From the NCBI GenBank assembly GCA_951406725.2, contig OX597822.1:102672001-102736000 (forward strand): a stretch of 64,000 nucleotides of DNA. Direction: 5' to 3'. The translations under genes and the position numbers were made by a program. This DNA is from Octopus vulgaris (lineage: Eukaryota). The notes under the pieces were generated by a model that was not told the DNA's origin, ran no database searches, and was given only the letters and a program-made list of their open reading frames with translations. Positions 49,881 to 62,886 of this stretch are shown here, in pieces. Each line of letters opens with the position of its first letter. Position 1 is the first letter of the stretch.

Positions 49881-51030
49881 GAATCTATGCCTATAAATTC
49901 CCGACAAAGGATCTTTAGCATGGACAAATTTTCCACAACTAGCCTTTGTGTATTCCATTAAAACAGTGATTCTCAACCAGAGTTCATATGACCCTTGGTC
50001 ATCGTCCATGCAAGATTTTGTCATTCAAGTATATGGGTAATAAATTGCTTATACATCTACAATACACAAAACATTTTAACAATTTTTTTTTACACAATTC
50101 CTAATAATATTTAATTATAAGAACATTATAGGGTTTTTTAAAACACCGAATAGCTATGAGGGTCCCGCAGAGTAAAGTGGGAATCAAAGGGTTTCACAGA
50201 CAAAAATGCTTGAGAACCACTGCATTAAAAGCCCAAGTGAGTTACCATTGTTTCTTAAGACTCAACATTCAACACTGAACAGGCAGAGTATGAGGGGTCC
50301 CACATTCCAATGAGGAGACTAGCAAACAAAGATTACAAAATTTCCAAACATTTGGAGTTATATTTCTAAACATGGAGTCATCCTGAAGAAAAATTATCCG
50401 ATTCCCTAAGGATCAAAAGGAGATTAGATCTTGACACTGAGATTAGATCCCCTAAGTAATCAAAAGGAGATTAGATTTGGACACTGAAACAACTGTGGAA
50501 TTATCTTACATAAAGTATTAAATCTAGTTTTAATATTAAAAAAAAAAAGTAAAAGGATAGAGACAATAAATGTAGCAATTAAAGTAAAGTTTAACTAACT
50601 ACTGCACTATTTAAATCATAATGGGTAAATAAAAACAATTAAAATACAGAAAACATGTGAATGCATATTTATTTATACATAATGAATTTTCTAGTTGATC
50701 CTTGTGTCTGTGTTTCACTTAATTTTGAAAAAAATAAATATTTGCTTTATTTTTTCTTTTGCATTATGAATGCAGGTATTTAGACCATATCTTCGTACCT
50801 TACCAGAAAGGTTTTTACATAGTATCATGAACAAAAGTTTTATTTCAAATAGGAAAACTTTAGTACAAAATCTATTGTGGAGAACCCAAAGGCAATATCA
50901 AATGGGACAATTAAAAATCTGGAGTTTGTTTATAAAATTTCGAGAGAGAGAGAGAATGGGTGTACATGTACACATTGTAACCAAAGTTAAGCTCATGTAA
51001 TAATATATTCAATTTGTTACATCAACTTAC

Positions 51031-51143
51031 ATGTATTTCATACTTCCATCCACTTACAGCCTCATCAGTAAGTATTTTGGTAAAGGATATGGTCAAGCCT
51101 TCACGGAAAAATCTCTGGCAAGCTTCACTTCTTGTATCCAGTG
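51031..51143 (-). CDS. USP9X: USP9X coding exon 2 ([38 protein letters not shown])
   Basis: ttatag acceptor, CAT|GTAAGT donor, 113 nt; phase fits both neighbours. Confidence 0.95.
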
Positions 51144-51205
51144 CTATAAGAGAAAATTCATTAGCGTAATTATTTGTTAAAAAAGGTTGTTCCACCTGAC
51201 TAACT

Positions 51206-51432
51206 TTAACCCTTTTGTTATTATGTTTCTTTGGAAATACACTGCCTTTATTTTCCCAATTAAGTTTGAAAATAATGAAGAATTTAATATAATAACTTTG
51301 TTGTCATAAAGCTGGTGTTTGGAAGTTACATTTACATTAAAATTTTGATAAAATATTAATTCAGTTCACTTTAAAACATGAAGCCAGTATCATAGAACCA
51401 AGAGCAGTATGTGGTAGGTTGGTATCAAAAAG
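51206..51432. mobile_element. piggyBac-type MITE, degraded
   Basis: TTAACCCTTTTGTTA...GGTATCAAAAAG. Confidence 0.65.
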
Positions 51433-52032
51433 AGCTGAACATTTAGCTCCTATTCAACATTGAAACACAATTCAAATTTCTTATGTCAATCTGCTTTTTT
51501 TTTATGCTGGCATGGATTGGTCAAAACTATTTAAAGCAATGTTTTAGTGTCTAGATGTCATTTCTTGATGCCAAGTATTCTAGCTGCCTCTTACAACACA
51601 AAGAAATACGGTGTACTGATTCTGAAAACCAGGAAATACACTGATTGTCCAGTAAATTCATCACAGAATCACATTGTGTTAATACATCACCTGTAATTTC
51701 ATTACCAGGTTATTTCAAAGCAACATAATAATATTGCAAACTGAAACACTGTCAGCAAATTCATCATTATGCCAGGCACATCATGGTAAATATATCATCA
51801 TGTTAAATATAGTATTTTGTAAATTCACTGTCATGAATACATTACTAAGCATCAATGTATTTATCCTTTATTCAAAGGGTAAATACATTGCATTTTGTTA
51901 AAAATTAAAAAAGAGAATTCAAAGCTAAAAAATTACTAATATTAAAAATTCTATCAGTACAACATACTTAAGATGAAATACCAGAAGCTGTTACTTTTGT
52001 TCAGGAAAAATCCTTTTATAGTCATAGTGCTA

Positions 52033-52340
52033 CATCATCATCATTTAACGATTTGACTGAGGACTGGTGAACCAGATGACTCCAATCTGATCTGGCAGAG
52101 TTTCTACTGCTGGATGCCCTTCCTAATGCCAACCACTCCAAGAGTGTAGTGGGTGCTTTTATGTGCCACCGGCACGAGGCCCAGTCTGGCGGTACTGGCA
52201 ACAGCCACACTCGAAAATGGTGTTTTTTACGTGCACAGGAGTCAGTCCAGCAGCACTGGCAATGACCTCACTCGAATGTTTTGTTCATGTGCCAGTGAGG
52301 CAACGCTGACAACGAACATGCTCAAATGGTGCTCTTTACA
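52033..52340 (-). mobile_element. RTE 3'-end copy with internal deletions
   Basis: (CAT)n tail and modules. Confidence 0.75.
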
Positions 52341-52797
52341 TGCCAGACAGCTGCTCTGACTTCAGAACTAGGCAAAATGAAATTGCCCCAAAAGTAACTG
52401 CCAGAGCAATAAATACATATTTCATAGTTTGAAGTGTATATCTATATATATTTTAACACATTTTAAAGGGATTTTTCATGGATGGAAACTGCAGCTTCTG
52501 GCATTTCTGTTATATAATTCAAATTCATTAATATTAAATTTACTCCATATATACGTGGAAAATATACCAAAGTAATTTTCAAAAATGGAATCACATGAAC
52601 TAAAAAGAGATGCTTACACTATTTTCAATTAAAAGAATAAAGAAACATTCTAAAATAATTTATAACCAATGCCACTGATATAATCCAATTTTCCAAACTT
52701 TTAATATCATTCATTAGTGATGGGTTCAATTCTTCTTGCTAAACTATATTCTATATCTTTGTAAATATATTCACAAGCACTCTCATTTATGTGTAAT

Positions 52798-53037
52798 TCA
52801 TCATCATCGTTTAGCATCCGCTTTTCATGCCAGCATGGGTTGGACGGTTCAACTGGGGTCTGGGAAGCCAGAAGGCTGCACCAGGCCCAGTCTGATCTGG
52901 CAGTGTTTCTACAGCTGGATGCCCTTCCTAACGCCAACCACTCCGTGAGTGTAGTCGGTGCTTTTACGTGCTACCGGCACTGGTGCCAGATGAGGCTGGC
53001 AAACGGCCACGATCGGATGGTGCTTTTTACGTGCCAT
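52798..53037 (-). mobile_element. RTE 3'-end copy
   Basis: (CAT)n tail and terminal domain. Confidence 0.8.
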
Positions 53038-53754
53038 TTTCCTTATTTGTTTATTCATACATTTACTTATTGAATGGCACAACGAGTAAACTATTTGAAA
53101 AATATGAATTATCCATGTGATATTGTGATTGTTCTTATAATATGTTCCAGAACTATCCAAGGAAATACTATGACCATTGACATATAAATTTACAACCCCT
53201 CAAACTGTAACTAATTTGATAACTGCAAATGCACAAAACTCTCAGCCCTTGAGTCACTTTGTTGTTTCTGCTAAATAACCCATGCTTGCATAGAAGCGGA
53301 CGTTAAACGATGATGATGATGATTAATATAAAAAAATATTATTTTTAGTGATGTGGAATTTCTGCAGTGGTTATATACTGCCCCAATTATAATATCATTT
53401 CTTAATTGTTCTCCTTTTAAGAATTCTAAAAATTTCTAAATGATAGGATGGAACTTTTTGTCTTTGAATTTCTTTTAATGAAATGCAACATATTCACTCA
53501 GCATAACAAAACTAATGTCAAGCAATGTATTTATTTATTTGAATTGCAGTTGTATGTGATTCACAACTCAACAGTAGTTGTGGTTCCTTGTTGTACAGGA
53601 CATTAAGAGTTACATAAAATTGCCTCTATTTCTTTTAATTTGCCAATTTGTGGCAGAAATCATCAACCAAGTCAGACTCCAATATGAGTCTTAAATTGCT
53701 ATTAAAGTAAAACTAAGACCCTAATTTACTCCTTTTGTTACCAGAGCCCCAAAA

Positions 53755-54258
53755 GAGCACCATTTGAGGGTGTTCGTTGACAGAGCAGCTAACCGGCTTC
53801 CGTGCCAGTAGCACATAAAAGGGCACCATTCGAGTGTGATTGTTACCACCGTCGCCTTACTGGCACTTGTGCCCATGCTAGTAGGGTGCCAAGAGCACCA
53901 TCCAAGTGTGATCGTTGCCAGAGCAGGCAACTGGCTTCCCTGCCAATGGCAGGTAAAAGGGCACCATTCGAGCGTGATCGTTACCAACGTCGCCTTACTG
54001 GCACCTGTGCCGGTGGCACATTTAAAAAGATTCGAGCGAGGTCATTGCCAGTACCGCCTGACTGGCCCCGTGCCAGTGGAACGTAAAAAGCACCCACTAC
54101 ACTCTTGGAGTGGTTGGCATTAGGAAGGGCATCCAGCTGTAGAAACTCTGCCAAATCAAGACTGGAGCCTGGTGCGGCCGTCTGGTTCGCCAGCCCTCAG
54201 TCAAAATCGTCCAACCCATGCTAGCATGGAAAGCGGACGTTAAACGATGATGATGATG
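53755..54258 (+). mobile_element. RTE 3'-UTR copy with multiple modules
   Basis: Ends GGACGTTAAACGATGATGATG 120 nt from the exon 1 donor. Confidence 0.8.
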
Positions 54259-54378
54259 AACACAATAGGTTGTGACTGAAACAAGATATATCTGGAGTAA
54301 AAGAGGAAATGGATATTATATCAATAACTGCAATCATCTAAAATATCAGTTTCTGTTTTTAAATACCAAGATACTTAC

Positions 54379-54700
54379 ATTCTTTACTAAGTTTAATGGA
54401 TGCTTCAAGAAGCAACTCCAACTCTCCTTTGGGAAGTACAGGAACAACCCATCTTGGTCGATTGATCATTTCATCCAATTTAGCCAGAGCTTCATGAGGA
54501 AAGTCCGGTTCCTGGTCATCCTGCAATTCAGTCTGGCTATTCCCTTGGCCAATCTCATCACTAGTTGACTGGGTAACCTTCTGTTGTTGTTGCTGTTGCT
54601 GCGGTGGGGCTTGTGTATTATCTTGGGGGGAGTCCCCACCTGCAGGACTCCCACGCATCACAATGGTCATGTTATCTTGGACTTCTCCAGTTTCAACCAT
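54379..54700 (-). CDS. USP9X: USP9X coding exon 1 ([19 protein letters not shown]...[11 protein letters not shown])
   Basis: Acceptor ttttcag ends at 54712; in-frame TGA directly before ATG 54700; donor T|GTAAGT; 322 nt, ends in phase 1; contains a Q7 tract. Confidence 0.93.
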
Positions 54701-55754
54701 TCAATGATTCACTGAAAAATGTTAAAAATATAAATTAACAATGAGAAAGTTTGACAAACGATATGGACAACTTATGTCCATATGAAATCAATCAGCAAGT
54801 TTGAATAACAAACAGTATCATTTTAAAACATATCAGTGAAAACAATTAGAACTTTACAATCATTGCTCTTTTCATTAAATATTCAAATAAAAGCTTACAG
54901 TTGGTTTTGCAGCAAGAAGTGATGAGAGATAAATCTCCTGGATAGGATGACATGTACCAAAAAACTTTCCTAGAAAATCTTTGTACTTATTCCTCACAAA
55001 CCAAAATATAATTTTTGTCTTACTCACAGACAAGAAAAACAATTCATAATCAGAATGTGCTGAACTGGTTGCAATAATATTGACTACCAAACCAAATATA
55101 ACTGACTTAAAATCTATAACTGTAACTGACTAAAATTTGTACCTGACTTGGCATCTAACTTGAAATACTTCTTAAAATAGGTAAATTTAATATAACCCCT
55201 AGCAATGAATGTTCTCCTTACAATCACAGACTAAATTTAAAATTAATATTTATCCATAACAAAATTAAAAGGTAATCTACCAATAATGATACCAAAAAGT
55301 AGACATTCTATGCATTAGGATAGAATTAAATCAGCACCATTTTAATATCTACTTTTCCATTCTGGCATGGGTTGGATAGAATTCACTGAGATAAATTTTC
55401 TATGGTCAGATGCCCTTCGTGTTGCCAACCCTCGCTTGTTCCCAAGCAAAGTAAGTGTTTCTCTATAACCAAACATATTTTTCATAGAAGACTAGAAATG
55501 AGGGGCACAACTTGTATGACAGTACTGCTTACTTATAACTATCATGTGATGTCGAGACAAGGACATGGACACATACAAATGATGGGCTTCTTTATAGCTT
55601 CTTATAGTTTCCATCTACCAAATCCATTCACAAGGCTTTAGCTATAGTAGAAGATACCAGCTCAAGGTGTCAAAAAGAGGAACTCAACCTGGAGAATGTG
55701 GTAGAGAAGCAGGCTTTTTAACCACACAGCTATGCTTGTGTCTATATTTGTACA

Positions 55755-55985
55755 GGTGGCGAGCTGGCAGAAACGTTAACGCGCTGGGCGAAATGCTTAG
55801 CGGTATTTCGTCTGCTGCTACGTTCTGAGTTCAAATTCCGCCGAGGTCGACTTTGCCTTTCATCCTTTCGGGGTCGATAAATTAAGTACCAGTTACGCAC
55901 TGGGGTTGATGTAATCAATTTAATCCCTTTGTCTGTCCTTGTTTGTCCTCTCTATGTTTAGCCCCTTGTGGGCAGTAAAAAAATA
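55755..55985 (+). mobile_element. tRNA-derived SINE (GGCGGCGAGCTGG family)
   Basis: TSD TATATTTGTACAG on both sides. Confidence 0.85.
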
Positions 55986-56879
55986 TATATTTGTACAGAA
56001 TAAATCTTAAAACCAAAAGCCTAGCCTGTCTCTAATTCAACATTTTCTTTAAACCATTAAATACATCACAGCTAGAAAAATACAATTCCCTCTCCAAGTT
56101 ATCTTCAAATTAAACTTCCAAATAGCATAAATTATTGGAATTTGAAAAATGTGGATAACAAAATATCTTTGTTATATCACAATTTAGATCATTTCTACTT
56201 ATATTTTAATAATAAATTTTTAGAGGAAAGAAAGAAATAAAAACAAAAATTATAAGTGCTGAAAATTTCACAATCAACTGGAACTTAAGAGCATAAAAGA
56301 ATAAAAAGGCGAGATTATTTTATAGAACTTCCTGGCTTCTATCCAATATCTCCAAACTCTTAAACCACACCTTTCCCCGGACACATCAGCAGCTTCTATA
56401 ACATCATTAAGAAACATATATCTCAACCCCACCACACTTAAGTATAATAGAGACACCTTTGTTTAGATGCCATTTCTCTGAAAACCTGTACCTGCCCTCC
56501 TAGCCATCGACCTAATGATTAGCTGCATCTCTTCAACAACCTTTACTCCTTTGGCTTCACATCTTCAGACACCCACCAACACCTGATTTAGCAAAGTCAC
56601 TTTAGTGACTGCATATATAAACAGATCTCAAAATTACAAATGAGGTCAGGTATGCTGGGCCTACTAGCCATTACAAACATGACCAGCTAGAGCTTGGCAT
56701 TTAACATCTACTGTTCCCGAACCTACTTTTCCCTGTATCAAAATGATGACCTCATGCAGATTTCTACAGCAAATTCAATAATATTGACTATAAAAACTTT
56801 GAAATAGCTAACACTTTGGTAATTCTCTCTCTGCTTCATTTCCAACTCAGAATCACTGAAAAGGGATCCATCAATACCA

Positions 56880-57300
56880 ACTTGGCCTGCAAGGGTCTAT
56901 TAGTGCACTATGGATCAACCTTACCAACAGAGTGAATGCCAACTTTGTATGGAATGAAATCTCCAGTTTAAGCAACAGATGTAATAAGGCAGAGGAGAAA
57001 ATGACAAACATCAAGCATTCCAAAGAGTGCTGACAGATTATGGTTATCAAAAATCCTTTACCAGTCAATGGTGTGTCAATAAACCACAAACAAAGGGTCA
57101 CACCTTCAATGATAAAGTGTTTCCGAAAACAGTTAAATTTACTGATAGACCTGCTAGTGCAATCCATCAGGCAGTCCATAGAGCAGGAATAATCATACAA
57201 ATGACACACTTGGTGCCCTCTTTGAGAAAATATGTCTGGAAATTGGTTCACAAGCAGCACCACTATATGCACATTAGCCTTCTCCATAACGTGGATATAT
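56880..57300 (-). mobile_element. Possible very decayed Penelope GIY-YIG endonuclease remnant
   Basis: LYDYSCS..CTSRSI...IICQHSLEC...LLLKLE loosely follows the GIY-YIG pattern; weak. Confidence 0.25.
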
Positions 57301-57574
57301 GTTTGAGAGTTTACATTGTGAATCACATAGTTTATAATAATAATAAACATGGCATGGTGATGAAGAAGATGATGATTATGACAAGATATAGAAAAGAATT
57401 ATTTCTTTAAATCAGAATGATCTAAATATATGTAACATTTGCCAAAAAAAAAGAGGCAAATATAGGTTGATTAAATCAACCTAAGTACTTGATTTAGGGA
57501 AAAATCTAAATTTAAGTAACCCTCACAAAAATGGCTCGTGTGTTTTTCTCCTCTTTTCAGAACCACAGTATTAC

Positions 57575-57778
57575 TTAACCCTTTCGTTACTGTATTTATT
57601 TTGAGATGCTTCATGTTTTTTTTCAATTACTTTAAATGTAACAAAGAATTTAGTAAAATAACTTAACTATCATTCAGCTAGTGTTTGGTGGAAGATTTTA
57701 ATGCAAAACTTATGAAAACAAGACATTTGTACTCAGAGCCAAAGCCAGTTTCAGCCGGGTTGGTAACAAAAGGGTTAA
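57575..57778. mobile_element. piggyBac-type MITE, intact ends
   Basis: TTAA-CCCTTTCGTTAC...GTAACAAAAGGG-TTAA; same TIR as 9125-9948. Confidence 0.85.
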
Positions 57779-58461
57779 ATCCAAGACAAGTAGTTAAAAT
57801 ATGCTAACCTTCTAAGAAAGTCAAATAATGTCAACCTACTTAATAAGTCTATAAGTTTGTTCTAGCGACAACTACTCCGCTCTCTTCATATTATATTATT
57901 CCCCTAACAAGCCTAAAACCCTACTTAAAGTACAGCTAATTAAAATACTACTTTTACCAAAATCACATTGATAATTCCAGTTATCAAAACTAGTCGTTTA
58001 CTTAACAGAAAAGAAGAAATACCAAATGTAAGTATTATAGTAGCAACGGATTATTGTAACAGTTGGCTATTCACAAACATTCCTTCATTAGCACTTCAAC
58101 AAAGCTTAATTGCAGAGAAAACAGCTGCTGAAAATAAAATACAGTACTTTCTTCTGAAGCAGAGTTTTAATTTTTTTTTTTTTTTTTTTCAACAACAAAT
58201 ACATATGTACGTGTGTGTGTATATTTATAACTGACCAAATTCACTAGTTACTTTCTAAAGAAATCAGTTACTGAATTTAAACATCCAGCAACTGTTGAAT
58301 ACACTGACCGAGCAATGTATCAATGTATACTGAGCAAATGCACACTTAAGCCTTCTTACCATTTCACTAGTTTCAATCATTGGACTGGGGTCATGCTGGG
58401 GCATAACTTCAGAGTATAGTAAATTATATCAAGCCCAGTATTCGACTGGTACTTAATAGCA

Positions 58462-58692
58462 GGCGGCGAGCTGGTAGAATCGTTAGCACGTCGGGCAAAA
58501 TGCTAAGCGGTATTTCGTCCGCCACTACGTTCTGAGTTCAAATTCCGCCGAGGTCGACTTTGCCTTTCATCCTTTTGAGGTCGATTAAATAAGTACCAGT
58601 TATGCACTGGGGTCGATATAATCAACTTAATCCGTTTGTCTGTCCTTGTTTGTCCCCTCTGTGTTTAGCCCCTTGAGGGTAGTAAAGAAATA
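58462..58692 (+). mobile_element. tRNA-derived SINE (GGCGGCGAGCTGG family)
   Basis: 15-bp TSD GGTACTTAATAGCAG at 58448-58462 and 58693-58707. Confidence 0.85.
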
Positions 58693-58910
58693 GGTACTTA
58701 ATAGCAGAATGACCAGTGGAAGGATTGAACATTTAAACTCGAAACACAGTCAAATGTCCTAAGGTATTTTGTTTGCCACTATTACCTCTACCCACCCTTC
58801 CTCCCTGTTTTTCTGTTCCCAATTCTATTCACCTTGTACCCTTGTACCTTGTGAGTCCACCCAGGATTCATCACCACTTAACTTCTGCCCACTCTTCTAA
58901 AATGTGAGAA

Positions 58911-58948
<38 letters not shown>

Positions 58949-61185
58949 TAATCTGCATCATCCTTTAACATCCATTTTCCATGATGGCATGGATTGGATA
59001 GTTGGCCAGAGCTGGCAAGCAAGAGAGCTGCACCAGATTCCAGTTTGATATGGCTTGGTTACTACAGCTGGATGCCCTTCCTAACGCTAACCACTTTACA
59101 GTGCTAGATGCTTTTAACATGATACCGGCATGAGCACTTTTACCTGGCACTGGCACAAGTGCCTTTTAAGTGGCACACACACACAAATCTTACATTAATA
59201 GAAAAGTTTTTCCACCTAAGCTTTCTTCCTTTTGTACAATGTGCAGAATCCAAAAAGGTAAGCAGTTACAGTGTAATTTATTTAACACAATCTTTTCAAC
59301 AAAATCAAATCACTGCTACCATTCACTCAAAACACAAACACAGAGCACAAAGCCATTAACGTCAAAATGTAGAATTTGTTAAGTGACAAATGAACCTAAA
59401 GAATACCAATTAACATAATCACTTAACATGCTAGAACTCACAGCCAAATCTCTCTAGAATCCTACCTTTCAATAAAGACACTCTGGTTACTGTAGTCCTA
59501 TATACATTATGCCTGAGGGAAAGGAAACAAAGTGAGCGATGACCAAAGCTGTAGTATCTTTGATTATAAAGGTCATTTTCAATAAGAGCTGACATATCAG
59601 GATTAACAACAAAACAACAAGGGGATTGATATGGCTGAAATGCCTTCAATCATAGATCTGCTGAATCGGAGTTGACAGCAAAAAGTAAATATTCATGTAC
59701 ACTCACACACACATAAAATAGTCCCTCAAAGGATGGTCATAGTTAGAATGTCTTATCAAGTCTCTGCTCAATGATGGCTAACCTGATCTAGTATCTTTTC
59801 AAATGACTGGACGTAACAACTCCAGATCTTAATTAAACCAGTTAAGTTATTTATTATATGCATTACATAAGCCCAGTGTCCAACAGCAGTCACGAAGCTA
59901 ATGAAATTAACCTTTCATTAAGTTGTGTCTGAAGCACCAATCTATTATGTTCCATTTGTGACCATCCCAATGAGTAACACACATTTTTTATCAACACTAT
60001 ATACAAAGACATTTTTCACATTTTATTGTAATAACTGATAGACCTCACTTCCATGAACTTTTTTCTCTTATTTTTTTCAATGTATGTGAACAAAGCATCT
60101 GGTATCATCAGCACCCAAATGTTACATTTATTCCCCCAGATCAAACTCATCATTTAACACCAGCCTTCCATACAAACATAGACTGAGCAGTTTGACAGGA
60201 ACGGACAAGCCAGAGAACAGCACTAAGCTCCAATGTCCGATCTGACATAGTTTTCTTTATGGCTTGTTGTCCTTCCTAACACCAAATACATTACAGAGTA
60301 TAGTGCGTGCTTTTCTTCATGGCACTGGCACTAGTGAGGACACTAAGTAACTCATAAGGCAAGACCCTCCTCAACTAAGTGGAGGTGCAGTATTGAGAAG
60401 GGTGGCTTTATGCTAGGTGTTGACAGTATGGTAGAAGGGTGGAAACATGTCTTACTGAAGAGATACATGGCTTCCCTGGCTAGAAAGAGAGAAAAATTAT
60501 GTTGAGAATGTACTCTCAAGTTACAAGGGTATACTCTCAAAGTACAATAGAAATAGAAGATTGGAAAGGGTGGGTGAGTAGGTAAATCTGCAAGAGTGTG
60601 AAAAGGGAGTAACAGATGGTTAGAGATGGGGATAGAGGTGGACATAGTGAAATCATAATTAATTATATTTTTTGCAATATGTTTCTCAATTTCATTGGGC
60701 AATTTGATTTCATCCATTTAAATGCATAATTTTGTCTAAGGCAACCCAATTCAGTTTGCATTTACTTTCCTTTTCAAAACTGGATCATCCTAACACCTTT
60801 GACTTACGACTGACCTTTTTCAGTCAGCTCAAGTCTAATTAATAAAACATTTCTTTCCAGTCCTATAAATATTTGCTTCAGTTTTCATAACAGATCCTTC
60901 CATCTCAAGTTCCTTTCTTTAAGTATTCCTTTATACACTGTCTTTAATAATAATAATAAAAGTGAAACTCTGTCCATCTGGGACCCCTGTATCTAGTCTA
61001 CATTTGCTCTACATAGACATATTATACCTTTTTGGAATCAAGATGATTCTGGGATTGAAAATCTGCCTTTCATTTGATTCTAGAACATCCAGCATTGGGA
61101 TATTGGGATCTGATTTAAAAGCATTTGGTTTGCTATTTCTAGCAAGTAAAGCTTGATTGATTCATGCCATCTTGGTTGGCATTTG

Positions 61186-61283
61186 TCAAATGGCAACAGA
61201 GATCAAAGAGGAGATAAATGACTTCATTAATTTTCAAATGGCAACAGAGATCAAAGAGGAGATAAATGACTTCATTAATTTTC
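61186..61283. repeat. Perfect 48-bp tandem duplication
   Basis: TCAAATGGCAACAGAGATCAAAGAGGAGATAAATGACTTCATTAATTT twice. Confidence 0.9.
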
Positions 61284-62313
61284 TGTTGAGATAAAAACTT
61301 TGGGATAAATTGGCCAACAGTTAGAGGGACTGGAACAATAGAATTTTCATCCATCCTTAACCTCTAATCAAACACCATTAGTCATTACAGCTATATTATA
61401 GTCATGCTATTTAGCTCTCTTTAGTTTGGGGCTACAGGCCCAATAGCCCTCCACAGGAGTTAGCTTAAAAGTCTGCACGGAGTACAGCTTTTAAGCTAGT
61501 ACACTATATAATGGTAATGTATCAGAATAACCGCCCCCACGTCCATCTATAAAGAAAAACTGATTTTGTACAAAAATTTTCTTTCTTTTTTTTTTCAAAT
61601 TCATAATCTCATGTTTAAAACATGAAATTCATAAATGAATAATAAAAAGAAAATTAAACAAAAAACAGAAAAAATGCCAAAAATATTCCAGCAGGCTCTG
61701 TACTCGAAAGTAAAAATGGCAAGGGATAACAAAAAATAAAACAATAAAAATTTCAGAACATTTTTTTCAAGAGGAAGGTTTAGAATTGTAATCTCCGACG
61801 ACGCTTAATAAAACAGAAATTGAAACAAAAGTTGTAAAAAAACAAAACAAAACTGAATAATCCTAAAAATTCCTCTATAATATCCATGCACCAAACTGTC
61901 AGCCCTAAACACAGATTACTTCAGGAAGCATCTTACAAAAAGATGTTCTTCCTATCACCATCTTTGTTTTACAACTAAGACTTTTTTTTTCTTTTTTTCA
62001 CTTGACTTCAAAGATGAAGTATATCCAGTCATGATATCAGCAAGGAATGTAAGCATCACATCACCATTTAATCCAGGCGATGTCAAGAGAGATCATGAAA
62101 TCTTAACACACACAACAGGCTTCTTTTCAGTTTCTATAGATGAAATCCACTTGCAAGGCTTAGGTCTGACAGGCTACAGTAGAAGACACTAACCTAAGGT
62201 TCCACGCAGTGGAACTGAAACTGAATCTATGTGGTTAGGAAACAAGCTTCTTACCACACAGCCATACCTGCATATTAATGTGTGTGTGTGTGAAATCATG
62301 TGTTGAAAAATAG

Positions 62314-62379
62314 ATATTGTTGTACTTTGGGGATGGTCATTTTATTTATTATTATTTTTTTTTTGCCAAATAAAAATAC

Positions 62380-62447
<68 letters not shown>

Positions 62448-62727
62448 CTTCACTCATTTATTACTGTTATTCCATTATTTTAATGGCTGACCATTGTCCG
62501 GAAGTCTTTCATCACACATCTGTGACCTCTTCAGTGACACTTTTTGTTTCCGTGCGTGTTCTTGCTCCACTCACTCCATTCTGTTCTTCTAACAAAACAA
62601 TGGAGTTGGTGAAGCAAGAACACACACAGAAACGAAAAGTGTCACTGAAGAGGTCACAGATGTGTGATGAAAGACTTCTGGACAGCCATTAAAATAGTAG
62701 AATAACAGTAATAAACGAGTGAAGACA

Positions 62728-62760
<33 letters not shown>

Positions 62761-62839
62761 TACAGAGAGAGAGAGAGAGAGAGAGAGAGCATGTGTTTAT
62801 TTGGCAAAAAAAATGATAATAAAATGACCATCTCGAAGT

Positions 62840-62848
<9 letters not shown>
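62314..62848. repeat. About 535-bp palindrome (inverted Penelope-like terminal repeats) with a hammerhead-like motif in each arm
   Basis: Arms about 62314-62584 and 62590-62848, each with microsatellites; motifs at 62495-62539 (-) and 62640-62684 (+). Confidence 0.85.
62640..62684 (+). ncRNA. Minimal type I hammerhead-like motif (mirror copy at 62495-62539 on the minus strand)
   Basis: UGUCA-CUGAAGA-G-GUCACA(GAUG)UGUGAU-GAAA-GACU-UC-UGGACA. Confidence 0.55.

Positions 62849-62886
<38 letters not shown>

Larger units (their letters stand above)
829..54711 (-). other. USP9X: Gene span (5' part) of a USP9X/fat facets-like ubiquitin-specific protease; continues beyond position 1
   Basis: 20 exons with GT/AG boundaries and matching phases splice into one ORF of 2636 nt. 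Translation matches the recalled N-terminus of USP9X/FAF ([29 protein letters not shown], [51 protein letters not shown]). The catalytic USP domain is outside the window. Confidence 0.96.

Noticed and set aside
51853-51890. 17-bp AT-rich hairpin
   Set aside because: Short and imperfect, with no further evidence of function.
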